From assembly GCF_006345805.1 (NCBI RefSeq), contig NW_021835480.1, positions 1-64,000 of the forward strand: 64,000 nt of DNA, in the 5' to 3' direction. The stretch comes from Octopus sinensis (lineage: Eukaryota). Position 1 is the first letter of the stretch; the number at the start of each line of letters is the position of its first letter. The notes under the pieces are model-generated. The model searched no databases and was not told the origin of the DNA. It worked only from the letters and a program-made list of their open reading frames with translations. The translations under genes were made by a program, and so were the position numbers. Below are positions 24,270 through 38,611 of the stretch, one piece after another.

Positions 24270-25149
24270 AGGGAGAGTGATCAACCTTTTGAAAGGCACA
24301 CCAAGGTCTTGTGTAGCGGAGCGTTGTCCTGATGAAATAAAACCACTTTTGTCATTTTTCCTTGATGTTTGGTCTTGATAACCTTTCATAACTGCCTCAG
24401 CAGGTTGGCATAGTACTTTCCATTGATAGCGTGGCCCTATTGAAGATAGTCAATAAACACAATACCTTTTGCATCCCAAGATCCTTTCAAACAAAATGAC
24501 TCGCCCCTCTTTGGAGCAGGTGAGAAGCTATATTTCAACTGCATGGATTCTCACTTTATCCCTCGCTCAAAGGGGGAAATGCAATATTCATCTTGATTTA
24601 GGAAATGTTCAAGGAAATATATGTATGTACCTCAAACAATGTTAGATTTTTCTGTGATATGATCAGGCTGGTGCACTTTTGATCAGATTTCATACGTGGC
24701 ACCTACCGAGCAGAACCTTGGTCATGCAAAGTTCATTGTACAAAATATTCCCAACTCTCTTACTGGATATGCTAATAGCATTAGCTGTTTGATTTATAGC
24801 CAATCACCTGCCACCCACTGCCATGTTGTGAACAATATTAATGTTTTCCTCGGTGGTGGCGGTGCCTAAACATCCGGACATTAGGCATCTTTAAGGCTCT
24901 CCCTCCCCTCCGACATTTAGCTGCCCACTTTTGCACTTTTGATAACACTTTTGCTCTGGCATCCCCTAATGTAGCAACCATATCTCATGAATGTCCTTGG
25001 AGGTTAAACCCTAGTTCATAATACCATGATGTTAAACGTTGCCGATTTTCAAGAGAATTGGGCACTAGTTACGTTTGAAGTTTTCTTGAAAGAGACAAAG
25101 CATGCTAGAATTTCATAGCTCTAGCACCACTCTTTTATGCTCAGTCTCG
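24270..25149 (-). mobile_element. Decayed mariner transposase
   Basis: Minus-strand segments include KDIHEDMVATLG, ILYNELCMTKV, WDAKGIVFIDYLQ.G..INGKYYANLLRQL and VLFHQDNAPLH, broken by many stops and frameshifts; TA-CGAG terminus at 25151. Confidence 0.75.
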
Positions 25150-25647
25150 TATGAAATGAAAACAGAAATATGTAAACCTTCCCTTTGATACGTTTTGAAA
25201 ACAAATAAAGATATTTAACAAAACCTTTTCAAAAAATTTCATCTCATGTAATAAATTTTAATCATTGTTAGATCTTGTCGAATGTAATAAAACAATTTGC
25301 ACCAAAGGTGACACAGAATGGCAAAATACCTGCGGATTATAATAAATTGAATATTGAATATTGAGAGAAAAATAAATATGCTGCATTTATAAAATTATTT
25401 TTATAAGTGGAGAAAAACACTTCCCCCAAAAGGGCACTTGTTCATTAGAATACACGTTAGTATTTTTGAAAGGTTCTTAACCAAAGATAGAAGAGAGTTC
25501 TCCACTGAATCAAATACTGTAGCTACGTGCAAACCTCCTCTGAAAATAAATAAGAAGAAAGAATACAGATGAACACAGCGCCTTTTCTTGTGCACACACA
25601 CAAAATGGCCGAAATCAAAATGTTTTCCTGTAATTTTATACACACAC

Positions 25648-25695
<48 letters not shown>

Positions 25696-26299
25696 TGGCA
25701 CATACACACACACACACACGCACACACAACACATGCACGTATATATATGGGTGTGCGGATATATACAATCAGACACACACAAATATACAAACGCACATAC
25801 ATCTTTATGGCAAATTATATTTTATTTCTTTGTACCGTTGTCACATTTGCATAAGATAATAGGATGATCTTTTCTCATCATGTAGTATTACTATTGATAA
25901 TAATATATTCATGTACTTTACGATATCATAAAAGAAAAAATATTAATGTGCAGTAAAAAGGATATTAGTAAAAATGAAAGAATTCTCATATTTTCTCGTA
26001 CGTGAGGACCACGCTTATTGTCTTCATAGAAATATTTTTCTCTTCTTTTGTTTTTCATATTTTCTCATCAAAAGATACAGTTTTATTCTTCAAATAAATG
26101 AAACCAATTCGTGTGTTATCGTTCTAATGCGTTATAAACCAGAAAGAAAAATATCCAGTGTCTGTTGGTGATATCTATATGTGTTGCAGCTGAGTTATCA
26201 TAAAGTATATGGATATGAGTATATGAATACGAGCGCACACACGTACATGCACACACGTATCTATACATTCTTGAGTATTTATTTATGCCAACGTTTTAT

Positions 26300-27270
<971 letters not shown>

Positions 27271-27589
27271 TGCATGTGTGTATGCAAATATGATTGCTTC
27301 ATCTGAGATGATAGCCGTCTCATATAAGATAGTCATATAATCACTAGATGGTTGTGATATGCGCTTGCATAACACATGTGCCTCTCTCGAAATTTCTATA
27401 GTAAAATATTAGTGAAAAGTAAGAACAAGACGACCGAAAAATGTTTAAGTTGCATATTTTAGATCACAAGTCCTCCAGCAAATTTTATCCATATGGATTC
27501 TCTGTGACCACTTGGTTGACTAGATTTTTTTTCACCCACATATAATGCGCACACAAAGATGTTCACATACATACAAATATATTGATATA

Positions 27590-27896
27590 TTGTTGTTTGT
27601 TCCTTCTCGAGCCACGCCTGGCTCATAAGGGCCGGTCTCTCGGTTTCCTTGTCGTATAGGTTCCCAACCTGGACAGGACGCCGGTCCGTTGCAGATGAGC
27701 TGCAAGATGCAGGAGGAAAGAGTGAGAGAAAGTTGTGGCGAAAAAGTCAGCAGAAGTTCGCCATTACCTTCTGCCGGAGCCGCTTGGAGCTTAGGTTTTT
27801 TCACTCATAAACACACACATCGCCCGGTCTGAGATTCGAACCCGCGATCCCTGGTCCGCGAGTCCGCTGCTCTAACCACTAGGCCATGTGCCTTCA
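27590..27896 (-). mobile_element. SINE family A copy
   Basis: Reverse complement of the GGCCTAGTGGTTAGAGCAGCGGACTCGCGG head, with a tail homologous to 51330-51420. Confidence 0.8.
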
Positions 27897-27989
27897 CATA
27901 TTGATATATATACATACACATATATACCCCTATATACAGAGATGTATACATAAAAAGGTAAATACTCTCCTAGGTCAAGAATGACCATG

Positions 27990-28290
27990 GGACTACACCT
28001 AGAAACTTCCTCTCCGAGGCACAAGTCCGTGCAAGGTTGTTTGTGGAAGACCAGCAATCATTTATGATTACCAGTCTCCCTTCTCTATGTCACCGATGTT
28101 ATCCTAGGGAAAGGTAAAGTCCGATATAGTTTGGCACCAGTGACGTTGCAACTCATTGCTACAGCTGAGTGAACCGGAGCAACATGACATAAAATATCTT
28201 GCTCAAGAACTCAACTCATAGGTCGGTCCTAGAATTGAAGTTACAATTCACGATTGTAAGCTCGATGCTGTAACCACTGAGCCATGTGAA
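27990..28290 (-). mobile_element. Decayed CORE-type SINE
   Basis: Minus strand reads CACATGGCTCAGTGGTTA (head) and TTCTTGAGCAAGATATTTT (CORE-like motif). Confidence 0.55.
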
Positions 28291-28346
28291 GGCACATGAC
28301 TCAGACGTTAGAGCATCGAGCTTATATATAAATAGATAGATAGATA

Positions 28347-28932
28347 TGTTTCTTTATTAGCCACACAGGGCTGAACACAGACGGGACAAATTACAAAGTA
28401 GAGATTTTCTTTTTGGGGAGAAAAATAAAGTGGGGTATGTTTTCGATCAAAAGGCATCGTAAAAGGGGGAAAAAACGAAAGAAAATAGAAAAACGATCAA
28501 TAGGGATCGTGTATCACAGAAATGTCATGATGTAAGGAGTAAAGGGGGAAGCAGATAAGGTTTATCCGTGGAAAGAAAAGCCTACGGAAAAGACCACGGT
28601 AACCTCTGTCAATAATGTCACATGTTAACACATTTATTTGCAAGTAAGTAACTCTCTGTTTTCCGGGTTCATAGGATTATGCTCAAGGTGGCTTCGTCAT
28701 TCATACGTGCCATCCTTGCTACATTTTCCCATCTTTTTTTAAACATTCCCTAGACAAAAGTTGCCTCTCTACTCTCACTTTCCTTTTCAAGTGATACTTG
28801 AAGAGGTTGATGAGAGATTGACCAAAGAGGAAAGTGTTTGTCTCTAATCCTTTCAGACGCGTCCACCTGATACATTCTTTCGCCATAGCCACAATTATGA
28901 TGAAAATAGCTCTTCCTTCCCATTTGAAGGAA
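28347..28932 (-). mobile_element. 5'-truncated L1/Tx1-like LINE 3' end in (GATA)n
   Basis: Minus-strand ORF end IVAMAKECIRWTRLKGLETNTFLFGQSLINLFKYHLKRKVRVER resembles Tx1-type ORF2 C-termini. The 3' UTR ends GGCTAATAAAGAAACA followed by (TATC)n. GATA repeats lie on both sides. Confidence 0.65.
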
Positions 28933-28968
28933 GATAGATAGATAGATATATAGATAGTTAGATAGGTC

Positions 28969-29040
<72 letters not shown>

Positions 29041-29786
29041 TACATATGATGTTGCTATGCATTTGAACGCATCATATAAAACTGGAAGCGCCAATATACT
29101 AGAAAATATAAAATTAAAAATAAGCGAAGAAAGAAATTGAAAAATATCAATCAAAACGAACATGTATGGTTTCTTTCAGTTGCTATTGCCAAAAGCTACT
29201 GGCCTGAAACCCAAGAAGAAGCAAGGATTGGGAATTCGTGATGAGAAGAAATTCGAAGGAAAGGATATAATGAAAATTTACATCAGACTAGACAATCGCC
29301 ATTCCCAGTTTACCTGAGGACTTAGTGGATTACACGTGACCTATTCTATTAGCCTATCTTTATCTCTTAGTGAATTTAATAAGGGTGAGTTCTGTAATAA
29401 GGGTGAGTTCCGTACAATTCAATTGGAAATCTTAAACTGAGAAGCGAAACGAACATGTATTTTTCATTACGTAAAAATGTGCGTCAATCATTAAACAGCG
29501 ACCGTACTTTGGCATTGCCTAGAAGAGTTTTAGTCGAAAGATTTAACTTCAATATTTTTTTTAAAGTCTGACGCTTATTCTATCCATCTCGTTTTTCGAA
29601 CCGCTGCGTTATGGAGTAATAAACTGAAAAAAAAAAAACTCACCGGTTGAGTGAGGAAGGGCATAAGCATAGAGACAAAAGACAATTGAGTATATATATG
29701 TAGGTGTGTGTATGTATAGAAAGAGTTAGTTAGACAGACATATATATATATACATACATCAACGTAGCAGTCGTACACCTGATATA

Positions 29787-29791
29787 CGGTG

Positions 29792-29826
<35 letters not shown>

Positions 29827-29900
29827 GGTGGTGGTGGCGGTGGTGGTGGTTGTAGTAGTAGTAGTGGTGGTGGTGGTGGTGGTTGTAGTAGTAGTAGTAG

Positions 29901-29947
<47 letters not shown>

Positions 29948-30230
29948 GGTGGTGGTGGTGGTGGTGGTAGTAGTAGTAGTAGTAGCAGTAGTAGCAGCAG
30001 CAGCAGTAGCACCAGCAGCAAAAGAAGAAGATGAGGGGGAGGAGGAAGAGGATGATGGGTGTGGGGATGACGACTGTGATGATGATAATCGTCATTATCA
30101 TCATCAAGATCTTGATGATTATGATGATCATGAATAGGAACAAGAACAAGAGAAACACGAGGAGAAGCTATAACAACAACAACAACAACAACAACACCAA
30201 CAACAGCAACAGCAGCAACAGTAATATAAA
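29787..30230. repeat. Compound trinucleotide field: (GGT)n, (AGT)n, (GAT)n, (AAC)n
   Basis: Seen directly. Similar fields lie at 4110-4350, 12330-12600, 36140-36680, 38325-38608 and 49720-49850. Confidence 0.95.
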
Positions 30231-31319
30231 TGATATCAATATTATCGGATGTAACTTATCTATTACATTTATACAGATTATAATAAGAGACATAGAGATG
30301 AGTTAATAGCTTCGTTCTTAATAATGAAGTTGTTATTTATATGCATCCAACATTGCATCAAATATTGCTAAAAATTGCCAACTGTCTCAAATATTTCACG
30401 GGCGGGGTGGTGGAGGGTCACCGATTCATTGAATGGAATCTTTAGATACTTAATCGGAAAATTTTCGTTAACCACAGAAAAGCAGGAGTGATAAGGAGGA
30501 GTGGAGAGGTTTCTCTCTTCTCTCTTCACTGTTTTGTCAAAAGCAACAATTACTGGTATTCGATGAAATTAAACAGCTTCGTTTTCATTCTTGCAAGTTT
30601 TAGGAAATCTTCTATTCCTAGGTTTTGTGTATTAAAAGCAGATTAATGTCTTTCATCATACAGGAATTCATATTTTTCTACACTGGCTGATACGAATTTT
30701 CAATTAATAAGAATCCACTCGACCATAGTTTTATCCAGCTAAATCGACTTTGTCTACGTTGCACCGTAATAAATAAAATTAGACTTTCGTATGACATCAA
30801 AGGAGATGTTCACTGCCCGAAAAACCTTGAAACTATGTTTAACATTGCTGAAGTGAGAACATAGATGGAATCACTGGATTCCTTTAGCAGGAAGTTAATT
30901 TGTCTATAAGTTCGTTATGGTTAAACCCATCGAAATGTCTATTACATCAGCAATCACTTACAATTGGGAAAATTCTTCTGTGAAAGACCCTACAGGGACT
31001 AAATTACAGAACAGTAATGAGTATGGCATTCTTTGAACATATATATATTTGCATGCATGTATGTGTTTGTGTGTGTGTATATATATATATATGTGTATAT
31101 ATATATGTATATATATGTATATATATGTGTGTATATATATATCTATATATATATATATTATATAATATATATGTATGTATGTATGTATGTATGCATGTAT
31201 ATATATATGTATATATGTGTGTGTGTATTTATTGTTTTGTCTGTCTGCCTGTGTATCATATGTTGTGAGTGTATGTATGTATATATTTGCATGCGTGTAT
31301 GTGTTTGTGTGTGTGTGTG

Positions 31320-31429
<110 letters not shown>

Positions 31430-32111
31430 TGTATGCATGTATATATATATGTATATATGTGTGTGTGTGTATTTATTGTTTTGTCTGTCTGCCTGTGTAT
31501 CATATGTTGTGAGTGTATGGGTGTCGTATTGATATGTGAATGCTTTAGTATACAGGCACTGAATAACAGAAAACTAATGACTATTGCATTCCTTGAATGC
31601 ATACGCACATGCATATATTACACCTAGATACACATAGGCACGCACACACACATACATGTATACAGATGATCCCCAATGTACATAAGAGTAATTGTGTGTG
31701 CGTGTATGTATGTCTATACATGTATGTAAATGTGCATATGTATATTTATGCATATATATGTATATACACACACATATATATATATATATAAATTAACAGA
31801 ATGAGTTAAAAATCCAAAGCTGTGAAAGGTTTCAGAACATTTATATATACATGGTCTTACAGCTGTTTCCGGGGTATTTTATATATCCTTCATCGGAGAC
31901 GGTGTGAGAGAATGGTTAAGCAATAGTTATTCTAGATAAAATATGAAATAGAGTGTGATGTGGAGGAATGAAAATAAACGTAAGATATACAGGGATATTG
32001 TATCTTCAATTCCATTATTTAGGCAGAATGGTATACATATAATATATGTAAATATATATATATATAATATATATATATATATATTAATATATATATATAT
32101 TATATATATAT

Positions 32112-32182
<71 letters not shown>

Positions 32183-32584
32183 TAATATATATATTATATA
32201 TATATATATATATATAATTATATATATATATATATAATATATATATATATTATATATATATATATATATAAACGTCACTGTTTATATGGATGTGTGCATA
32301 TGTGTTGCATGTATCGTTGCTATTATGCAAAAGTGTCGTTAGTCCACAACGTTGATTTTTCACAAAACGAAAACATAGTTTGACCATTCCATAGCAAAAC
32401 CGTTGCGCTGCAGTTTGACAACTTTTGATATCTTGGCATCTGAATCAGCTGGAGATACGATAGTTTGACCAAAAGAACTGGCTACTGGAAGCAAAATTAA
32501 ATATTGAAAACATCGCATTTGGTCATATTTAGATATAGCAACGATAATTAATTTCTATGTCTATGTATGTATCTAACTTCAGAG

Positions 32585-32810
32585 TATACTCTTTACTCTT
32601 TTTACCCTTTTACTTGTTTCAGTCATTTGACTGCGGCCATGTTGGAGCACCGCCTTTAATCGAGCAACTCGACCCCGAGACTTATTCTTTTGCAAGCCCA
32701 TCTGTCTCTTTTGCCGAACCGCTAAGTGACGGAGACATAAACACACCAGCATCGGTTGTCAAGCAATGCTAGGGGGTCAAACACAGACACAAACACACAC
32801 ACGCATATAT

Positions 32811-32856
<46 letters not shown>

Positions 32857-33027
32857 TACGACAGGCTTCTTTTTCAGTTTCCGTCTACCAAATCCACTCA
32901 CAAGGCTTTGGTCGGCCCGAGGCTATAGTAGAAGACACTTGCCCATGGTGCCACACAGTGGGACTGAACCCTGAACCATGTGGTTGGTAAACAAGCTACT
33001 TACCACACAGCCACTCCTGCGCCTATA
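32585..33027 (-). mobile_element. SINE family B copy
   Basis: Homologous to the other B copies. Confidence 0.85.
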
Positions 33028-33160
33028 TCTGTATATATATATGTAACTATAATATAAACACGAGAAGAGAGCGTGTCATGCTTCAGCTTGTTTGAGAATT
33101 ATGCGTATTGTTCATGTTTCTGTGGAATACTCAACCATTTAGGCTTTAATATATTATATA

Positions 33161-33885
33161 TCAGGTCATCCCATAAATAATGCAGTTTTTTCCATTGCAT
33201 GAACTAAAGCAGGTAGTAATTTTACATTTTTCAAAGCTATGATGGAAGTGAGAAAGGAGCATATTCGGCATATTTTGCTTTATGAGTTCAATAAATGCAA
33301 CAACGCAACAGAAAGAGTGAGGAATATTAATGCTGTATATGGGGATCGGACAATAAATGTAAGCGAGTGTCAACTGTGGTTCCAAAAATTCCTAGCCGAA
33401 AATCTACTGCCTACAAGACGACCCTCGTCCTGGAAGATCTGTAGAGTTCGACGAACAAAATTCCATCGCAACTGTTGAGGAACTCACAGAGAGGCTTGGA
33501 TTTGGTAATTCGATTATTCATCGTCACCTGCGCTAGAAGAAAAAATGGCCATCTTTGGTTTCAAGACGAAAGTTGTTTTTCCATCAGGATAATGCTCGGC
33601 CACATACACCGAAGATGACATTCCAAAGACTGGAGCAGTTTGAATGAGAAACGATGCCCCACCCACCATATTCACTGGATTATATATTCAGCCCATCAGA
33701 ATATCATTTATGCCGCAGTCTTCAAAATCATTTGGATGGAAAAAAATATGAATTCTGTAGACAAGATAACAATACTGGAGGAGTATTTTTCGTCACGGAC
33801 CACTGAGTTTTGGAAGAGGGTGTTACAATCTACCAGATAGCTGGAAGAGCATTATAGAAAATGAAGGAGAGTATATTTTAGATTA
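33161..33885 (+). mobile_element. Internally deleted mariner element
   Basis: N-terminal KEHIRHILLYEFNK...NINAVYGDRTINVSECQLWFQKF, then VVFHQDNARPH, HPPYS and SWKSIIENEGEYILD; the central region is missing. Confidence 0.85.
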
Positions 33886-33914
33886 AAAATGAACTTCATA
33901 CACTCCATACAAAA

Positions 33915-34507
33915 TAATCCTTTCTACTAAAGGCACAGGGCCTGGAATTTGTGGGAAGAGAATAGTCAATTTCATCGACCCCAGTACTTAACTGGTACTT
34001 ATTTTACCTACCTCGAAAGGATAAAAGGCAAAGTCGACCTCGGTAGAATTTGAATTCAAACATGGGGACAGATGAAATGCCGCTAAGCACTTTTCCTGGC
34101 GTGCTAACGATTTTTCTACTCTAGGTACAAGTGCCGAAATTTGGGGAGAGAGGGTCAGTCGATTAGATTGACCCCACTATGCAACTGGTACTTAATTTAT
34201 CGACCCCGAAAGGATGAAAGGCAAAGTCGACATCGGCGGGATTTGAACTCAGAACGTAAAGACAGACGAAATACATATTTCTTTATTGCCCACACGTGGC
34301 TAAACACAGAGGGGACAAACAAGGACAGACAAACGGATTAAGTCGATTACATCAACCCCATTGCGTAACTGGTACCTAATTTATCGACCCCGAAAGGATG
34401 AAAGGCAAAGTCGACCTCGGTGGAATTTGAACTTAGAACGCAGCGGCGGACGAAATACCGCAAAGCATTTCGCCCGGTGATCCAACGTTTCTGCCAGCTC
34501 GCCGCCT
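33915..34507 (-). mobile_element. SINE family C trimer with mixed tails
   Basis: The first unit carries tail type 1 (AGCC..GTGGGCAATAAAGAAAT); the next two carry tail type 2 (..TGTGCCTTTAGTAGAAAGGATTATT-like). Confidence 0.75.
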
Positions 34508-35140
34508 TCGGCCCAGACAAAGTAATAAGTAGTCAAATATTAAGGATCAATACACCGAAAACTATATCGTACTGCTGTGTCATTCACTTACATTAGATTC
34601 TTTTTTATTACATTTGCAATATAAATCAAATAAGACAGGCATTCTTAGGCATATAGTCAAGCTTTTCAATTTACAGGAGGTCCTAAATTTAGTTTTGTGT
34701 GCTAATGAAATACTCGTCGGTATTAATATGATTCTATTCTTTGAAGCATTCTAATATATGAATTTTCATCTTTACAGTGTGATAAATAGGTGTTTAGCAC
34801 AGATTTAGGTGTCTAAGATGTAAACACAATTTAGTGTTCGTATACGTCGAGTCCCTTTGCCGTCTTGAATTTCCTTGATACCACTGAGAAATTAATCAAG
34901 TTGTTTATCTTAATCTAATCAGCCTAGTGGATCACACGACATTCTAAGCTCAGTCAATTGAAAAGTCAGTAGCATAAGTAAAGGACACACTAGTTTGGAA
35001 CGAGTGTTTTCCATGATGCAGTATATATTTTCGGCCTGGGTCATTTGAATGTCTTAGCTTTGAACACAATGACTTATCTGTGAACACAATGTCTCAGCCA
35101 TGAACACAATAGCTGTGAACTCAATACCTTAACTGAGAAT

Positions 35141-35745
35141 AAGGCGGCGAGCTGGCAGAATCGTTAGCAATCTGTACGAAATGCTTAGCGGTATTGCGTC
35201 TGCCGCTACGTTCTGAGTTCAAATTCCGCCAAGGTCGACTTTGCCTTTCATCCTTTCGGGGTCGATAAATTAAGTACCAGTTACGAACTGGGGTCGATAT
35301 ACTCGACTTAATCCCTGTGTCTCTCCTTGTATGTCCTCTCTGTGTTTAGCCCCTTGTGGGTAGTAAAGAAATAGGTATTTCGTCTGTTTTTACGTTCTGT
35401 GTTCAAATTACGTCGAGGTCGACTTTGCCTTTCATCCTTTCGGGGTCGATAAATTAAGTACCAGTTACGCACTGGAGTCGATATAATCGACTTAATCCGT
35501 TTGTTCTCTCTGTGTGTAGTCCCTTGTGGGCAGTAAAGAAATAAGAAACGTTAGCACGCCTGGCGAAATGCTTTGCAATATTTCGTCTGTCTTTATGTTC
35601 TGAGTTCAAATACCGCCGAGGTTGATTTGCCTTTCATCCTTTCGGGGTCGATAAATTAAGTATCAATTGTGTACTGGGGTCGATCTAATCGACTGGCCCC
35701 CTCCCCCAAAATTTCGGGCTTTGTGCCTAGAGTCGAAAAGACTAT
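35141..35745 (+). mobile_element. SINE family C trimer with mixed tails
   Basis: Two tail-1 units then one tail-2 unit; 13-bp TSD CTTAACTGAGAAT at 35128-35140 and 35746-35758. Confidence 0.85.
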
Positions 35746-36166
35746 CTTAACTGAGAATGCATCGTTTATCTTGAGCGCAATACTTCAGCTATGAACCCAA
35801 TCTCTAGTTCACAGTATTACCTGTGAACAGCAAATGTTAATAGTTAACACAGTGTTTTGTTTATGAACCCGATATCTTAAGTGCCCCCACAATTTTACTA
35901 TGTCTTAGCATGAACAACATAATGCAGGAATACAAAATGTCAATCTTTCCTATTAAATAGTTACACCCTCCAAAATTTTGGGAACCCTTTTTTTTATGCT
36001 GGATGATAGCATTGTTGTACGCTGCCACCTGACAAGGCAGCACTTCAAATAAAGTTCATACTCCTAAAATTATTTGTAAAATAAGATTATTTATAAAAAA
36101 ACTCTTACAAAATATTAAATCGCCAGAGTTTTTGCATATCAGTAGTGGTAGTAGTAGTAGTAGCAA

Positions 36167-36256
<90 letters not shown>

Positions 36257-37649
36257 TTTTGTGTTGTAGCAGCAACAAGGATAGTTGTTTTGCAGAACCA
36301 ACTATCTGGGTGTAGGACAGACTGCAGTTTCGTCATTGGCGTCGACCTCACCTCACCACAGTCATCATCATCATCATCATCATCGTCATCATCATCAGCA
36401 TCATCATCATCATCATCATCATCATCGTCATCATCATCATCATCATCATATCATCATCATCATCGTCGTCGTCGTTATCATCATCGTCGTCGTCGTCATT
36501 GATATTATCATCGTCATCGTCATCGCTGTCGTCGTCGTCGTCGTCGTCGTCGTCACCATCATCACCATCATCTCCACCACCAACAACACCTTCAAGAACA
36601 TTGTCAGCAGCAGTAACCGCACTAGCAGCATCTACAACAGCAGTGGCAGCATCTTCATAACCATCATCATCATCAGCAGCAACCGTTATCTTCTGTTCAA
36701 GAAAAGCTGTGGACTTCAATGACGATAAAGAGCCGCAATTTCTGCATCGGTACGTTTCATCTAAGCAAACTTATCATTTACATCTGTTTATTTTCTTCCT
36801 ATCTCTTACACCGTTTTATGTAAAGACAGTCATGTTTGGTAGGGGAAGTAGGTACTCTAATCACTCCTTAATAGCTCTACTTTCACTTAATGCACAGGAT
36901 AATATCTCTTCCACGGCACAGTTCTTCAGCAAGTAGACCAAAGATATTACTTATTTAGAAACCTACACAAACACATGCACAAACACACGCACAGGAACTC
37001 AGAATATATGTGAGTATGTGTAGCGCTTTCAAAATAAGTAAATATGTGTGTGTGTACATGGGTACTGATAAATACAGATAATAATTGTGTGTGTGTATTC
37101 ATACATACGTGCATACATACATATATGTGAGTGTATATTAAAGATATGTGCAGTTGTTAGCTATGAGGAGTTATATAATAGTGTAGATTGTAATATATAC
37201 ATACATGTATATCTCTGTATGTGAGTGTATATGTGTGTGCACATGCTTATAATATTTACATGCGTACATCTAATACTTAAATAGGTACCTAAATATATAT
37301 ACATCGTCGGGGTCGATGATAATAATCCAGAGGGTTTAGCTTTTGTGGACTCTCTAGGTGACTACGTTAACCAAGACAGGATCCAAAAACACGATGACAG
37401 TCTAAGCATTTGTTGTTTCGCAAGCGAATAGTTGTAGTGATTCTCGGTTTTGGCAGCTTTCAATGCTGTTGTTTATGTGTGATGGATTTCGTTCCTGAGT
37501 TGAAAGTCTGGTCTCCTTTCTACAAACAAATTCTGCATCTACTTCTGTCAGTTATTAACCAACAATTCTCACTTGTTCACATTGATACCACAATGTTTCG
37601 ATTTCCTGTTGGAAGTAAAACTATTCTTTGGACAAGCAGAGACCCGGTT

Positions 37650-38322
37650 ACTAAAGTTGCACTGCACACAGATGTCAAGAAAACTGAATACATATCTTTC
37701 AACCAATAAAGTGATGCTGAAATGTTTGCGTTGAGCGGTTCCAAATTGGATGTTGTTGAAGACTTTAAGTGCTTAGGTGTTTGGATGAGCAGTTCGGAAG
37801 CCGACATCTAGATCAGGAAAGCACAAGCATGGACAGCTGTCGCAAACTAAAGCAGGCCCGTAACTCCAAATTTCCCCGGTGGATCAGAATCAAGCTGTTC
37901 ATTGCAACTGGCAAATCAGTGCTATTGTATGGCAGTGAAACATGGACACAGACAAAGAAATTATCAAACAGGATCGATGGATGCTACACAAGGGTGCTTA
38001 CGAATGGCTCTATATGTGAAATAGCAGCAACATATGGCAAATGGTCTTTATGGAAACCTGCCGAAAGTTAGCGAGAAGATCAGGCAAAGATGATTGCGAT
38101 TCTCTGGTCATTGCTTGAGTCACCCTGAACTGGAACCATCCAAATTAGTCTTGTGGAACCCATTTCCTGTTGATGTAAGAAGAGGTAAACGTTTTCACAC
38201 TTACATCGACAATTTGATTGAAGATACTGGCTTGGAACGTATCCAGGACCTCGAGGCACAGATGATGGATCAAGAAGAGTGGCGGGTGGACTTCGTTCCT
38301 GAGGCCCGTGATGGAACCCGGC
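37650..38322 (+). pseudogene. RTE-clade LINE RT C-terminal remnant
   Basis: KKTEYISFNQ, VEDFKCLGVW, KSVLLYGSETWTQTKK..RIDGCYTR, RFSGHCLSHPE...LVLWNP and RRG...TYIDNLIEDTGL, broken by frameshifts; followed by a (TAA/TAG)n tail. Confidence 0.8.
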
Positions 38323-38333
38323 CATAATAATAA

Positions 38334-38365
<32 letters not shown>

Positions 38366-38457
38366 TAGTAGTAGTAGTAGTAGTTATATTATTATTATTA
38401 TTAGTAGTAGTAGTAACAACAACAACAATAATAATGATAATGATAATAATAATAATG

Positions 38458-38495
<38 letters not shown>

Positions 38496-38565
38496 TATAA
38501 TAATAATAATAATATAATAATAATAATAACAATAATAAAATAATAATAATAATAACAATAATAAA

Positions 38566-38608
<43 letters not shown>

Positions 38609-38611
<3 letters not shown>

